A DNA stretch of 64,000 bases from Octopus vulgaris (GCA_951406725.2 OX597817.1:137702001-137766000); one strand, 5' to 3'. Counted from the first letter of the stretch, positions 26,986 through 40,598 are shown. The notes: generated by a model from the letters alone, not told the origin. Numbers and translations: made by a program.

Positions 26986-27746
26986 TTCTCTTTCTCTCTC
27001 TCTCTTTCTCTCTTTCTCTCTCTCTCTTTCTCTCTTCACACTCATTCACTCACAAACTGAGATTTATGGTGAAGCTACATACACATTAATGCATTCACAC
27101 ACACACACGCACACACGCACATACGCACACGCACACACACACACACACACACACATGAGCATGCACACAAGCACGTATCTCTGCAGGTGAAACTCAATGC
27201 AAGCGCACACACATGCACGCTCACACTTACATATAAGGAGACAAACACGTGTTGGGGAATTTACACACACGCACAAACACACCCACATATACACACACAC
27301 AGATACACACATATATATTTTCACAAAGATGTAGACGCATGCAAGCGTGCACCTATGCAGGTGAAGGTACATGATGCGTCCACATATGCGCTTATACATT
27401 CACACACCCAAGCTCACATATACATGCATATTCACACACATACACATACATAAACACACACATGCAAGCACGCACCTGTGCAGGTGAAATGATGCGCCCT
27501 CGCATATGCACTTATAGACAAACGCATTCACACAAGTACATATATACACACACACACCAACATAAATGCACATATTCACACGCACAGATACCTCTATGCA
27601 AAAAAACACGCACCTGTGCAGGTGGAACTACATACTGCCCCCGCATATATACGTACACACATACGTGCACACACACGCACACATAGTCAAGTTGGCAGAT
27701 ACTAACACACGCATACACACACACACACACATGAATGCGTTCACAC

Positions 27747-27788
<42 letters not shown>

Positions 27789-28528
27789 ACACACACAGGG
27801 TTAGTTCTGGAAGTACGAGATTGCCATCGATTCTTCACACTCCGTTGCACGCCGCTGTTTGTAATCATGGCTATTTCACAGTTGTCTCCCCTATTTCCTG
27901 TCATTGGCTCCGCTGAGACGCTCTGCCTTCCCTTCCCCATCACTGAAATCTAAACAACAACAGTAACAACAATCACTTCTACAACATCAATAACAAGAAT
28001 AATGCAATAATAATATTAAGCGAATTGATCTTTTCTAGATGGTCCGTGTGAATTCCAAACAGAACGGTTCGCAAAAAACGGAATTATTTATGAAGACCTG
28101 AGAAATACTTGTTGAAATTAAATTTTCTACTGATTACATTTGCCTTTCAAAAAGAGGTCGAGCTTGTTTATTCTCTCTCTCTCTCTCTCTCTCTCTTTCA
28201 CTCATCCCTCTCTCGTTCTCTTTCCTTATCTCTCCTTCTCCCACCTTCTATTCCCTCCCCCTCTTTGCAATCATCCTATCTTTCCTCTCACTCATTCTGT
28301 CGCCCTTTCACTCCTCCTCTTTACTCACGTTCGACTTCCACCAATATTTTTTCCTTCCAAACTTGTTTCTGCTCTCAATACACATCTCTACTCCCGTTTC
28401 TTTATTTTTCTTTTCTTTTGCTTAACTTTATAATTTATTCTCTTGCTATCTCTATGTCTCTATCATAGGCACAGGTATGTAATATTACAGGTACACCTTG
28501 AACACGTATAAACAGGCATACCTGTATA

Positions 28529-28748
28529 CAGTAATCCCTCGACTATCGCAGGTGTTACGTTCCAGAACCTTCCGCGATATGACAAAATCCACGAAGTAGA
28601 AACAGTACTGTACTGCATTTTATTTATTATATTTATAATTCGTATATATTTGCTTCATTATGAAAGCAAAACAACACCACGGAGGAATCGACGTAAGCTT
28701 AAATAATTTACCGCGATAGGTGAAGCGCGATATGTCGGGGTATAACTG
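28529..28748. mobile_element. Tc1/mariner (pogo/Tigger-like) MITE
   Basis: TIRs CAGTAATCCCTCGACTATCGC / GCGATATGTCGGGGTATAACTG, flanked by TA on both sides (28527-28528, 28749-28750). Confidence 0.82.
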
Positions 28749-28793
28749 TACCTATACACCTGTAATTTTTTACATGCAGAAACAATATATATG

Positions 28794-28858
<65 letters not shown>

Positions 28859-28859
<1 letters not shown>

Positions 28860-29066
28860 GCGCAGGTGCGGCTCTGTGGAAGGCGCAGGCGTGGCTGTGT
28901 GGAAGGCGCAAGCATGGCTGTGTGGCAAGAAGCTTGCTTCCCAACCACATGCTTCCGGGTTCAGTCCCAGTGAGTGGCACCTTGGGCAAGTGTTTTCTGC
29001 TATAGCCTCGGGCCGACCAAAGCCTTGTTAGTGGATTTGGTAGACGGAAACTGAAAGAAGCCCGTC

Positions 29067-29116
<50 letters not shown>

Positions 29117-29325
29117 ATACGTCTGTGTCTCTGTGTTTGTCTCCCCACCATCGCTTGACAGTCGATCTTGGTGTGTTTTCGTCCCCGTAACCTGGCGGTT
29201 CGCCAAAAGAGCCAGATAGAATAAAGTACTCGGCTTACAAAGAATAAGACTTGAGCTCGATTCGTTCGACTAAAAAGCGGTGCTCTAGCATGGCCACAAT
29301 CAAAAGGATAAAAAGAATAAAAGAA
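28859..29325 (+). mobile_element. SINE type A with triplicated 5' A-box segment
   Basis: Three 23-bp units GCGCAGG.G.GGCT.TGTGGAAG, then a body and tail homologous to 6282-6740. Confidence 0.85.
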
Positions 29326-29338
29326 TATATATAAGTTA

Positions 29339-29521
29339 CGGTGGTGACAACATGGAGAACGAGTGCTCAACACCGCATTTGTGGGTCGACAGCGTTGTCA
29401 ATGATTTCATGTAAAAAAATTTTGTGAAACCGTTGGTAGCATTTTAATCCAGAAATAAAATCGTTTTTCATATCCACTGAATGCGGTGCTCAGCCCTCGC
29501 TCTCGCTGCTCGCCTCTATCG
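29339..29521. mobile_element. MITE-like inverted-repeat element
   Basis: GAGAACGAGTGCTCAACACCGCATT (29355-) is an imperfect inverted repeat of AATGCGGTGCTCAGCCCTCGCTCTC (-29504). The weaker outer match ends at TA dinucleotides. Confidence 0.55.
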
Positions 29522-31958
29522 TACAAGCGTTCTCTTACACACGTGTGTCTGTGATTAAAAGAAATCCAACAATGCAAAGGTTTATGAAACATTACATTTT
29601 TTTTAAAAAATATATTTCACACCTATAACTCTTAGTCATGACTAAAACAAGAGATTAAGTCTGAGTTCAGTATTGAAATGAATTTCGTGTACATTTTAAC
29701 TCTTTGTTGACCGCCTACGACAATAAATATTACAAAAAAGTTAGGTTGTTGTGGAAGGATCTGTGAAAGCATCTCTGAAAGTAAAGCCATGTTCATGGGA
29801 AAATTTTATGTTTAAGTTTTATATTTTGAGATTTGTCTTCAGATGCAGTTGGTTGACAAAATGAAGTGTTCCTCTTATTTGTGTCTATTTTTCTAATTTA
29901 TTATTTTATTTGCCATGTTGTCATGGTAACATATTTTCATCTCTCTGAAGTCTTTTAGACGATCTCTCGTATCCAAGTTACACTTCTCGCTCGTGTAGAA
30001 GAGAAGCAAACGGTTGTGTAGTTGTAAATGAAGCTTCCAAACAGCAATTACACCTTATGATTAATTATCACAAGTACTTAGCGAAGTTGATCTGTATAAA
30101 TGTTTCTATGTGAACATTAGAAGAGAGCACAAAATGTAATAGATTCAGCTATGAAACCGCATCAAGCAATTAATACTCTGATATACATGGTGCTCAACTT
30201 TCGAACAGAAAATAATTATGTTTCTCATTTAGAGACAAGGCTATAATTTGGGTGCCAGGGGGAACCTAGTCAACCCCAGTACTTGACAGGTACTTTATTT
30301 TGTCGATCCCGGAAGGATAAAAGACAAAGTTAATTCTGGCAGCATCTGAACCCAGAACAGAAGGAAGAAGCTCCATCAGGCATCGTTTACGACGCTCGCC
30401 ATCCAACACAGAATAACAATTTGTATCTTTGTCAGAAGAACACATACAGTTGTTGTTTCGGTTTCAATTCCATTGTACGGCGAATGTCTTCTCCAAACAT
30501 TTCAGGTCGACCTGGACCTTCAGAATGAAATTTGGTTGACAGAAACGGTGCAGAAGCTAGAAGAAAGACAGTTTCTATTGTTGGGTCTCACATTTCATCC
30601 CAGCTTGACACAATATGATACCTTGTGTTTATTTGTGACAGGGTCTACTTTATTGTAAACGTTCAAATCTTTCGTCTGATCCTAACTTCTTCCCTCCATT
30701 CCCCTCCAGTAACGAAAAATGACCCCCACCACGAAAGGTCACAATTGTTGCCTTTTCACCTTTGACTCTAACATTAAAGAACGTTTGAATAAGAGTGTAA
30801 TAATTAACTTGGTATAACTAAATACTTAGTTCTTATTTATCATAATGAAGCTAAGAACCTATCATTTGAACCCCAAATCAAGGCCGACTGCAATAAAACT
30901 CTGTCCCTCACTCTCTCCATCGTCCCTGTCTTTGCCCACCCGTCCACCGCCACAACTGCCATGCGATGTACTCTTTCAAGAGATATTATATGAAATAAAT
31001 CCGAAATAACTGCAAATAGAGATTGAAGTTCTATTTATGTATCGTAAATAGATTTACTTCTCTTACAGAATTTCTTTGAGATTAAAAGCTTAACTGATTG
31101 GCATCGACATTTCTTTTTATTCCTCACTCATTTAACCTTCCACCACATATTTCCTCGATGGCTTGGGGCGGGGGTTAAACCTAAAATTATAATATGTTTC
31201 AGACTAAATCATGCTTTCAGCATATTTTTATTTATTGATGATGTCGCTTACGTAATTTAATTTGTTGAAATAAATTGGATGAGAGAGATTAAAGTTTCAA
31301 GCGATGACATTATTTGTTTATTGAGGTGGATTTGTGTAGTTTTAAATAATGTGTGATAGAGGTTGATTTTAAGGTTGAGGAGTGTCAATGCAGGGTAGAG
31401 ATAGAGGGTGGAAGAAGGGTGGGTGGTTTTAAAGTAAGGTAGAGATGAGTAGAGGACGGAGAGCGAAGGTGGATGAAGAGTATGAATGCTAAATGAGGGT
31501 GGATATAAAGCCGGGTAAGTGTCGAAGTAGAGTAGAGGGTGGATGAAGTGTAAATGAGAGCTTGGGTTGGAGAGGGGGATGAGAGACAAAAGAAGGTTGA
31601 CCGTTTTGGTTTAGTAAGAATGGAGAAGAATGATTCTCAGTTCGTAAGCTACACCAACTCCAAAGCTCCAAAGTATCCCCATTCCAAAATACTAAACATC
31701 CCCATCTCAAAAAACACCAGATGACCCCCCCCACACACACACACTTCTATTCTTCCCTCAAAGAAATGCCAGTGAAATGCATTTCGCCCACTCCACTCTT
31801 TATTTATGAAAAGACAGAACACAATGTACAAACATAAAATTCTTTTTAAAAAACTTGTTGGACAAGTTTTAAAATTTTACTAACCCCACTAAATTGCCTG
31901 TCCCTATTCATTAGTCACAGTACCCGATTACCGATTAGGAGAAATACTAGGAAGAACG

Positions 31959-32450
31959 CAGAGCTATATTTAGACCTTAGCGGAGCCCAGGGTACTGTAA
32001 GTTTTGTGGGAGCCTCAAGCACAAAAATGAAACTACATATTTCACGAACTTCTCAAAGTTCATTTATTGCACAAGAAAGCACGCAGCAAGGTTAAACACT
32101 ACTGGGAATGGATATAATTTTATCGTCTAAACTAACTGCAACAAGTTTCATTCTTTTACAGCTGTATACATTGCTGCAATACCTACAAAAATACTTTGTC
32201 TACACTTGGCTTCTTGAAAATCTAAAACGGAATCCTCAAACACCATATCCTTAATTTTTACATGCAAAAGACATAGTACATTTTGTTTTTCATGGGTCAC
32301 CACGGTTCTCAGAAAACACTTCATGAGTCTGAATTTACCGAGTGAGCTCTTTCCCAAACAGCTAGTAACCACCAGTCTATGAATATATTCCACGAGCTAC
32401 AGCGACACCTACTTTATAAGTTTTATAACAGATTCATCATTGAATTGACT
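31959..32450 (-). mobile_element. hAT transposase C-terminal dimerisation-domain relic
   Basis: ORF 32148-32393 LVVTSCLGKSSLGKFRLMKCFLRTVVTHEKQNVLCLLH...DFQEAKCR resembles the consensus LPVTS.S.ERSFSKLK.IK.YLRSTM.QERL..L. A degenerate CAG.GC..ATTTAGAC terminus is at ~31959. Confidence 0.6.
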
Positions 32451-32884
32451 TGATCGCTCCACCCGTGGTTAGCCTGGTTAACTGTCCAGCATGGCCGTAC
32501 TTTAGGACAATACTGTATACATCATCCATATTTCAGACGTCAAGCGTTGAATGGATACAGATGGGATTAGAAGCCACTGAACAAAACAGTAGTTGAAAAT
32601 ACGTAGATTCACTGATCAGGATATGACTGTATGGCTGAATGGCTGTATGGCTGTATGGCTGTGCGCAAGGAGAAATGGTGGTGATGCTATTATTATGCTA
32701 ACAAACGAATACAGTTTATTGTTCCTGTGGTGTCTCTAATGTCGCCATATCTGTATAAGTTACTCAACTGCTATTTACTTAATTGCCTAAACTATTATAT
32801 AACAAACCAATCTTAGTATTTTAATATTTAAACACATAATTACGTAAGAATCGATATAATAAACATAATAATAATTATTTCAAA

Positions 32885-33320
32885 GTGTTGCCACAAGGGC
32901 AGCTTGGGGATGAGTTGATTACATCGTTCTGCAGTGCTCAACTAGTATTATTTTCGCGAGCCCGAAAGGATGGATGAAATGCAAAGTCGACCTCGACGGA
33001 ATTTGAACCCAGAATGTAGCGACGGGCGAAATACTTATTTCTTTACTACCCACAAGGGGCTAAACACAGAGAGGACAAACAAGGACAGACAAACGGATTA
33101 AGTCGATTATATCGACCCCAGTGCGTAACAGGTCCTTATTTTATCGACCCCGAAAGGATGAAATGCAAAGTCGACCTCGGCGGAATTTGAACTCAGAACG
33201 TAACGGCAAACGAAATACGGCTACGCATTTCGCCCGGCGTGCTAATGTTTCTGCCAGCTCGCCGAAATACCACGAAGCATTTCGTCTAGCGTGCTAATGA
33301 GTCTGCCAGTTCGCCGCTTC
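32885..33320 (-). mobile_element. Young SINE type B inserted into an older type B SINE
   Basis: Insert 33035-33262 is flanked by the direct repeat CGAAATAC (33027-33034, 33263-33270). The host head resumes at 33271-33320. Confidence 0.8.
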
Positions 33321-33350
33321 AATAATAATAAAAATGATGATGATGATGAT

Positions 33351-33411
<61 letters not shown>

Positions 33412-33415
<4 letters not shown>

Positions 33416-33600
33416 AGTTCTATATTTAAGAGATGATGAATTATTTACATTATTTACATTTGATGGATATTTGTCCTCATCTTGTTTGTTGTTAAAACGT
33501 TTTGGCTGATATACCCTCCAGCCTTCGTCAAACCTATGTTCTCATTCCTAAGGTATTTTTCGATGTTGTTATTATTGTTATTATTATTATTATTATTATA

Positions 33601-33689
<89 letters not shown>

Positions 33690-33864
33690 TATTATTATTA
33701 TCTTGGGGTTAGTAGCCCGCACTCTTAACCACTACGCTATATGCCCGTGCAGGTTCGAAATTTTCCCATGACATCCTGATGAAGGCTGGAGGGTATATCG
33801 GCCGAAACGTAGTCTTAACAACAAACAAGATGAGGACAAATATCCGTCAAATGTAAATAATGTA

Positions 33865-33870
<6 letters not shown>
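33412..33870. mobile_element. Foldback element with ~90 bp hammerhead-bearing inverted arms around a tRNA-like fragment and (TAT/CAT)n
   Basis: 33441-33530 is the imperfect reverse complement of 33777-33869. Minus-strand A-box-like TAGCGTAGTGGTTAAGAG at ~33722-33739. Embedded in (TAA)n. Confidence 0.75.
33771..33816 (+). ncRNA. Type-I hammerhead ribozyme motif
   Basis: CTGATGA (33776-33782)-A-GGCTG...CGGCC-GAAA (33804-33807)-CGTA. Stem I is imperfect in this copy. Confidence 0.58.
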
Positions 33871-33927
<57 letters not shown>

Positions 33928-33939
33928 AAGAAGAAGAAG

Positions 33940-33973
<34 letters not shown>

Positions 33974-34134
33974 CTACTTATACTAAATAATTATGATATT
34001 TTATACACAACAATTAATAATAAATAACGTCACACAAGAGGGGAGGGGCGTTGAGTCCCCTTTCTGACAGGGAGCCCAACGATAGCGTTCCTTTTACTTC
34101 TGCCCGTCTTAATCCGATTGGACTACTGCAATGC

Positions 34135-34350
34135 ATAGAGTGATATCATGTAACGTAGTGGTGCAGCATAGTAGTCACCGTGTGTTGTGGTAAGGTGGTA
34201 GTGTGTTACAGTAAAGTAGTAGTGTGATGTAGTAGTGTATTATAGTATGGTACGTAGTATAGCGGTAGTGTATTAAAGTGTAGTACAGGAATGCAGTAGT
34301 GTATAGGCTTGTGCCCTAGTTTAGTTGTGTAATGCGAGAGAGTGTAGCTA
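34135..34350. repeat. Degenerate pentanucleotide (GTAGT)n-like satellite
   Basis: 5-bp periodicity of gtagt/gtggt/gtatt units. Confidence 0.6.
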
Positions 34351-34784
34351 ACTTTCTAAAATGGCTGCCATGTTTCTCTGGTTTCATTGCCTGTTTGACT
34401 TATATCCGAGGGTGAAACCGTTTTACAGACAGCTGGTACTGAGCCACTGTTGGTACCACATCGGCGTCGGGACATTTCAGAGACAGCTGCGATTATTGTT
34501 GTTGTAGTTTTAGCAGTTTGTTGAAAAGTGTTGAATCAGCAGCCACTTCAACCGGGAACAGGAGTAGTAGTAGTAGTAGTGGTGGTGGTGGTGGTGGTTT
34601 TGGTGGGGTCTACATATACACTCACCTAATTTCATACCTGCACACGTACATACAAATATAAAGGCATTTGCATATACAAACATTTAATTATATTCTTTCA
34701 CTCACGCACACATACAGACGCTTTGCGTACCTACACGAACACCATATGTGTGTGTGTTTATATATACATGTGTGTGTGTAAATA

Positions 34785-34869
<85 letters not shown>

Positions 34870-35131
34870 ATGTATATATATATGCATATATTATACATAC
34901 AGACACATGCATATAGACTCTATCATTTACATATGCATGTATACACTAACACAAACATACACATACTGACACACATACACAGCAACTAATACAAAACCTG
35001 CTAAACTCATATACATTATATAGCAAAGACACACAAACAGATATAGCGATGACGATATGCACACACACGCATACATACTCACGCACACATGCATATACAA
35101 ACGCTCCAATGAATATATACTCACACATATA

Positions 35132-35196
<65 letters not shown>

Positions 35197-35710
35197 TATA
35201 TATATATCTTCACGCGCACATTGAACAACACATTCAGAAACAGAGGGACGGGGCTGGTTTTTGGTTCCTTCTGGCTGCGTTAATAAAGTTGTCTGAATTA
35301 TTCATGTTATGAGGGAGAAAGAGAGGGAGACAGACGGAGAAGCAGACAGACGATGGGAGGGGGGGACAGTTGTGAGGTAATGTCCTGGAAGTGGGAGGAA
35401 AGGTCAAGCCCCACAGTGGCTCTCCTCCTACTCCCACCCCTAGCTGGCTAAAATAACACTTAAGGTTAATGTAAACATGACTCATGGCGCAGCGGAGATG
35501 TCCACCGAACCACCGCCACCTCCGCCAACGCACACCTCTGCCCCATGCCTCCGCAATATATACGCACACATTTATTACATACATACGTACATACGTATAT
35601 ATACATATATATATATATATATAGATATATATATACATACACATATAAATCAACATACATATAAAAGTACAATTCAATCTCTCTCTCTCTCTCTCTCTTT
35701 GCATATATGC

Positions 35711-35746
<36 letters not shown>

Positions 35747-35934
35747 ACATATACATATGCATGTTCATACGTATATGTGTATGTGCGTATATGTGTACGC
35801 ATATGCTTATTTTTATATAGTCTTATATTATGTGTATGTATATATATGTGCATATATGTGTGTATATATACGTGCATATATATATATATATAATAAGTGC
35901 ATATACATATATGTATGTGCTGCGCATATGTATG

Positions 35935-35971
<37 letters not shown>

Positions 35972-35976
35972 TATGT

Positions 35977-36027
<51 letters not shown>

Positions 36028-37734
36028 GTATACGCGCATGTGTGTAAGCGCGCACTTGTATATACATAATACATTCATAAATATGGGTGAAGCACTATGT
36101 ATGTATGTTTGTATGGTTATGTCCACACACACACACACGCGGACGCGTAATTTAACTGACGTCTCACCTCTTTGCATCTCTCCCTCTGTCTTCTCTCCCT
36201 GGCTCTTTTCCCTTCTCTCTTTCTCTCCCCCTCTCTCTCTCTCTTTCGCTCGTTTTTCATTCATAAAAATTCTCACGCAAACCTCTTCAACTTTCCTTCT
36301 CTGACTCATTCAATTACCAACACATATATTTCTATTATTTCACTCTTTGTAGACTAACTTTTACAAACAACACTTACTCGTCATTCATGCAACTGATACA
36401 CACAGACGGACAAGGCCAGCACACACGGACACACACACAAGCACTCACGCACACACACATACACAAGCACACACCCGCGTGCGCACACACACATTCATAC
36501 TCATTATTCATTCATTCATTCACGGACAGGCAGATACCATCACTCACATTCACAGGAATGCTTGCGTCTTGTGTATACATGCATGCATATACGCATACAC
36601 ATATGTATGTAAGTATGTATGTATGTATGTAAGTATGTATGTATGTATGTATGTATGTATGTATGTATGTATGTATGTATGTATGTGTGTGTGTAGATAT
36701 ATATGCATGTATGTATGTGTGTGTATATATGTTTGTATATACGTATGTATGTATGTTTGTATGTATATGTGTATGTAAGTGTGTGTATTATGTATCATCT
36801 ATCTCTAGCTATATGTCTCTATACACACACACACATACACATACATATATATAATAAAATATATGTATATGTATATATACATACATACATGTACATACAT
36901 ATATATGTATATACACATGCATAAACAAAAAGAAAATCGAGAAGATAAAAATAAAAACAACGAAAGAAACAAAAAGGAACATAAAGAACAATCCCTTCAT
37001 CAGTTGTCCTCCGTTTAATCTACTCCGCTTTTCAAGCGTATGGACAAGATGCGTCTTTTATCAAAACAGTCGCTTCTGCAAAGCAAATTAAATAAGATTT
37101 GAGATTTCCGGATGGTAACAAAAACAGGACAGTTAAAACAAGTATATATGTATATATATATATATTATTTATATTATTATATGATGGAACGCCACGCATC
37201 CATTTCCAAATAAGCCATTGACATAACGCTACAGTTCTTTGTGACAATTTCGCATGACATATACAGTAAGCTTGTCCCAGAGAGAATACCAAATAAAAGA
37301 AAAACATAATTCCTGGAGGTAGGGAGATTCTAATGAGACGATGAGCAAAGATCTCAAGTCGTCGTAAGTGGTCCACAATCGTTGTATGTGGGTTATCCTA
37401 TCTCAAACAAGCATTGCTTGAGATTGAAAGTAAACTCAAACATTCCTATTAAAAGGAGAGGGCGGGAAAGGAACTAGGGCTGTAAAAATGTAGAGACAAA
37501 CTCTAAAACCCTCAATAGACTTGTAAAAGTGTCTGCTTCAGTACAGCACGATATGTGGCCACTGTTCGAAGGAGATGGTTCATTGACTACAGGCTCTTAG
37601 AGGATAAATGAAATATTGAATGTGCAATGCAAATGTGTTTTCACACATCCGTTGGGACACTTGCAAATAGCTATAGTTGAAGAGTTCTTAGGGTTAGCAT
37701 GAAAGGTTAGCAGGGTTTAGCATGAAAGGTTGGC

Positions 37735-38935
37735 TTACACAACTTCTGCAGCATTATGACTGGGTATTGAAACGACCAAGGAATCACTCAAACGTGGGCG
37801 TAATATGTCTCGATTTTGCAAAGACCTTTGAGATGGCGAACACAGGATAATACGTCACAAGCTACGAGGGTTTGGCTCTTTTGGAAAACTGAGAGTGGTT
37901 ACATGACTTCTTAAAAGATAGAAGCTGGCTCTAGCAGCCAGTGGAGCACTCCTGAAGAAGATATTCATAGTGAGCGGAGTGTCTCAGGAAATTGTCTTGG
38001 GGCCGCCACTGTTTGTGGTGACCTTCTCGAGCATACCATCACTAATGCAGTCACTCTTACTAGCTGTGCCGTTGGCACAAAAGTAGTACAAATAGTCAAG
38101 GAACATCTTGATGTAATCTTCTACAGAAATATCTTGGTACCATATATAAATGAGCTGAAGAAAATAGCGTTCAGTTTAACGCAAACCAATTCCAAGCCTT
38201 CTGTTACCAGCCAGCTTGTGCTGACACGCCGCAACAGAGATACTTTTGATCAAAAGGAGCAGCAGTCCTAGAGTCAAACACAGTGCTTCGTACATGTACA
38301 TATTACCAGGATAGTGACAATGAAGCAGGCTAATGACCATGTAGATTCTGAGAATTTTCAGAACAAAGGATCAGAAAGCTATACTGGCCTTATGGAGGAT
38401 ATTTCTCCTCAGCTGTCTGAACTACTGCTCTTGACCATGGTCACATCACACGGTCAAATTAACTTCGTTACAGGACGCAGTTCAGAGGTGCTTCACCCAG
38501 AAGATTGCATCAATGTAACAGTTGAGATACTGGGAGGGACTGAAAGGGTTACGACTAAACACCTTGGAGCGACAACGGAGGCGATATGTGGCGCTATACA
38601 TCAGCAAAATCTTAGAAGAGCTGGCACCAAAACTTGACATCGAGAACAGGATGTCAATTCACTGTTCCAAAGGTCCCGCCCATCCCATTTAGATCAAGGA
38701 CCAGGCACTGCAAAAGCCTGGAATTCGAAGGCCCACATCTATTCAATATTCTGTCAGAAAAACCTGAGAGGTCTACATGGAGTGAAGGTAGCTGTATTCA
38801 AGAAACAGGTTGACCTTCTACTGGCCAATATCAAGCAATATCAAACTTGTCCATAAACAATACTAACCACATGAGAATGGTCATTGAAAACGTGATGATA
38901 CTGACGGAATAAAAGAATAAACAGAATAAAAGAAT
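37735..38935 (+). mobile_element. Degenerate CR1/L2-group LINE (RT to 3' end)
   Basis: TQLLQHYDWVLK, ICLDFAKTF and SGVSQ..VLGP. Same family as 56488-57726; ends in (GAATAAAA)n. Confidence 0.75.
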
Positions 38936-39276
38936 ACACTACTATATATATATATATATATCTATATACATGCATGTATGCACCAATCTACCTACCTACC
39001 TACACAGACACACACACACATCCATACTCACACATGCTAATGTTTGTTTTTAAGTTACAATATAAATAATTTTCTATTAAACTGAAGGAGTACTCAATAC
39101 ATTTTGCAGAGTATATTTATTATAGGTTTACAAGGAAGTTACCGATGAAAGCTCGCAGGCAAAACTTCGAAGTCCCTGACACCAGACATCCTGTAAATTG
39201 TAAAAGTATAATACATACATACATACATACATACATGCATACATATATACATATATGGATACATGCGTATATATAC

Positions 39277-39307
<31 letters not shown>

Positions 39308-39691
39308 TGTATGTATGTATGTATGTATGTGTGTATGTAAGTATGTATGTATGTGTGTGTGTATGTATGTATGTATGTATGTGTGTATGTAAGTATGTAT
39401 GTATGTGTGTATGTATGTATGTATGTATGTATGTATGCATGTAGGTATTTATGTATGCATGTATGTATGTAATTGACAACAGTATAAACGAGAACAACTG
39501 AACTGAATTTCATTGTGACCAAGCGTTATGGTGGGTGTATTAAGAATGTTAACACGTTGCTTGTAATCTATTGATGAATGGAAGAGAAAGCAAAAATTGT
39601 GACAAGCTGTTCAACGGTTTCTTGACAACTCTTCAAAGAAAACGTGCCTGATTTTCTTCCCCAATCAAAGACATCAATCAACTGCTACAAA

Positions 39692-39734
<43 letters not shown>

Positions 39735-39737
<3 letters not shown>

Positions 39738-40500
39738 CCAGCTGTCCGAATATGTCATCATGGTATATTTACCGATGAAGCATGATATTGTGGCTAAGAC
39801 ACAGTATAATGAGATCTGTCGGAAGGATGACCCCGACGACAGTGAAATAAGCACCCATAGTATGGTAGAAGCTATAGCCAATCATAATAAAAGGGAGTAC
39901 TGGTGAAATGTCTCAGTGAAAAGTTCAATAAAAATGTAAACACAATAGATCTGATATAATGATTTGAGATAGAGAAGAGAAACTGTGCATAGGTGCGGAT
40001 GTTAACATAAAGCTGAAGATCAGTTAAAAATAGAATACCTGCACTGAACTATTGAGAAATCTACTCTATCCAGATTACATGTTCAGGTTCATACCTGTAA
40101 TTATTGGGGCTCTGGGATGTGTAACAAACTGCCTAATTACCAATCTTGAGAGATTAGGCTTCTCAAAACCAGAAAGAAGAAAGCTGATTCGAAGGCTACA
40201 GATCCAATCCATCTGTAAAAATCTGAAAAAATCTGGAACTGTAAGAATCTGTAAGTCCTTCCAGAAGTTTGCCATTTAAGTAAGTATGTGCATGTCTAGC
40301 AATGCATACAGTTGCATGTCTAGACAATTGATACATAAAGCAAGACATACAAATCTGTACATGCACTGACACCAAATACTGCACACATGCAAGCAAATAT
40401 GCACACATACCCTGATGATGCTGTTGAAATTTCAGTGAAGGAGCCTTAGAAAACTGACTCTTTCACTATTGGCAGGATATCTCGAAATAAAACTGAATAA
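39735..40500 (+). mobile_element. RLE-class non-LTR retrotransposon 3' end (CATA/CA-associated family)
   Basis: KHD, HNRSDIMI, FIPVIIGALG and SGTVRICKSF*. 3' UTR shared with 51075-51186 and 14860-15092. Confidence 0.78.
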
Positions 40501-40598
40501 TCACACACACACACGCACATACACACACATACATAAACACACACACACGCACACATACGAGCGCACACATATGTAATGTGTGTATATATGTATATATA

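Noticed and set aside
27170-27630. CRISPR-like palindromic repeat with spacers
   Set aside because: Eukaryotic context, irregular 120-175 bp spacing, spacers are related (CA)-rich sequence, and no cas genes.
31959-34121. A single hAT element spanning from 31959 to a right end near 34115
   Set aside because: The putative TIR match is too degenerate and no 8-bp TSD is visible.
36990-37040. GAAA...CTGATGAAG on the minus strand (similar at 60170-60210) as a type-II hammerhead
   Set aside because: Probably one repeat family, but the required stems do not pair convincingly.
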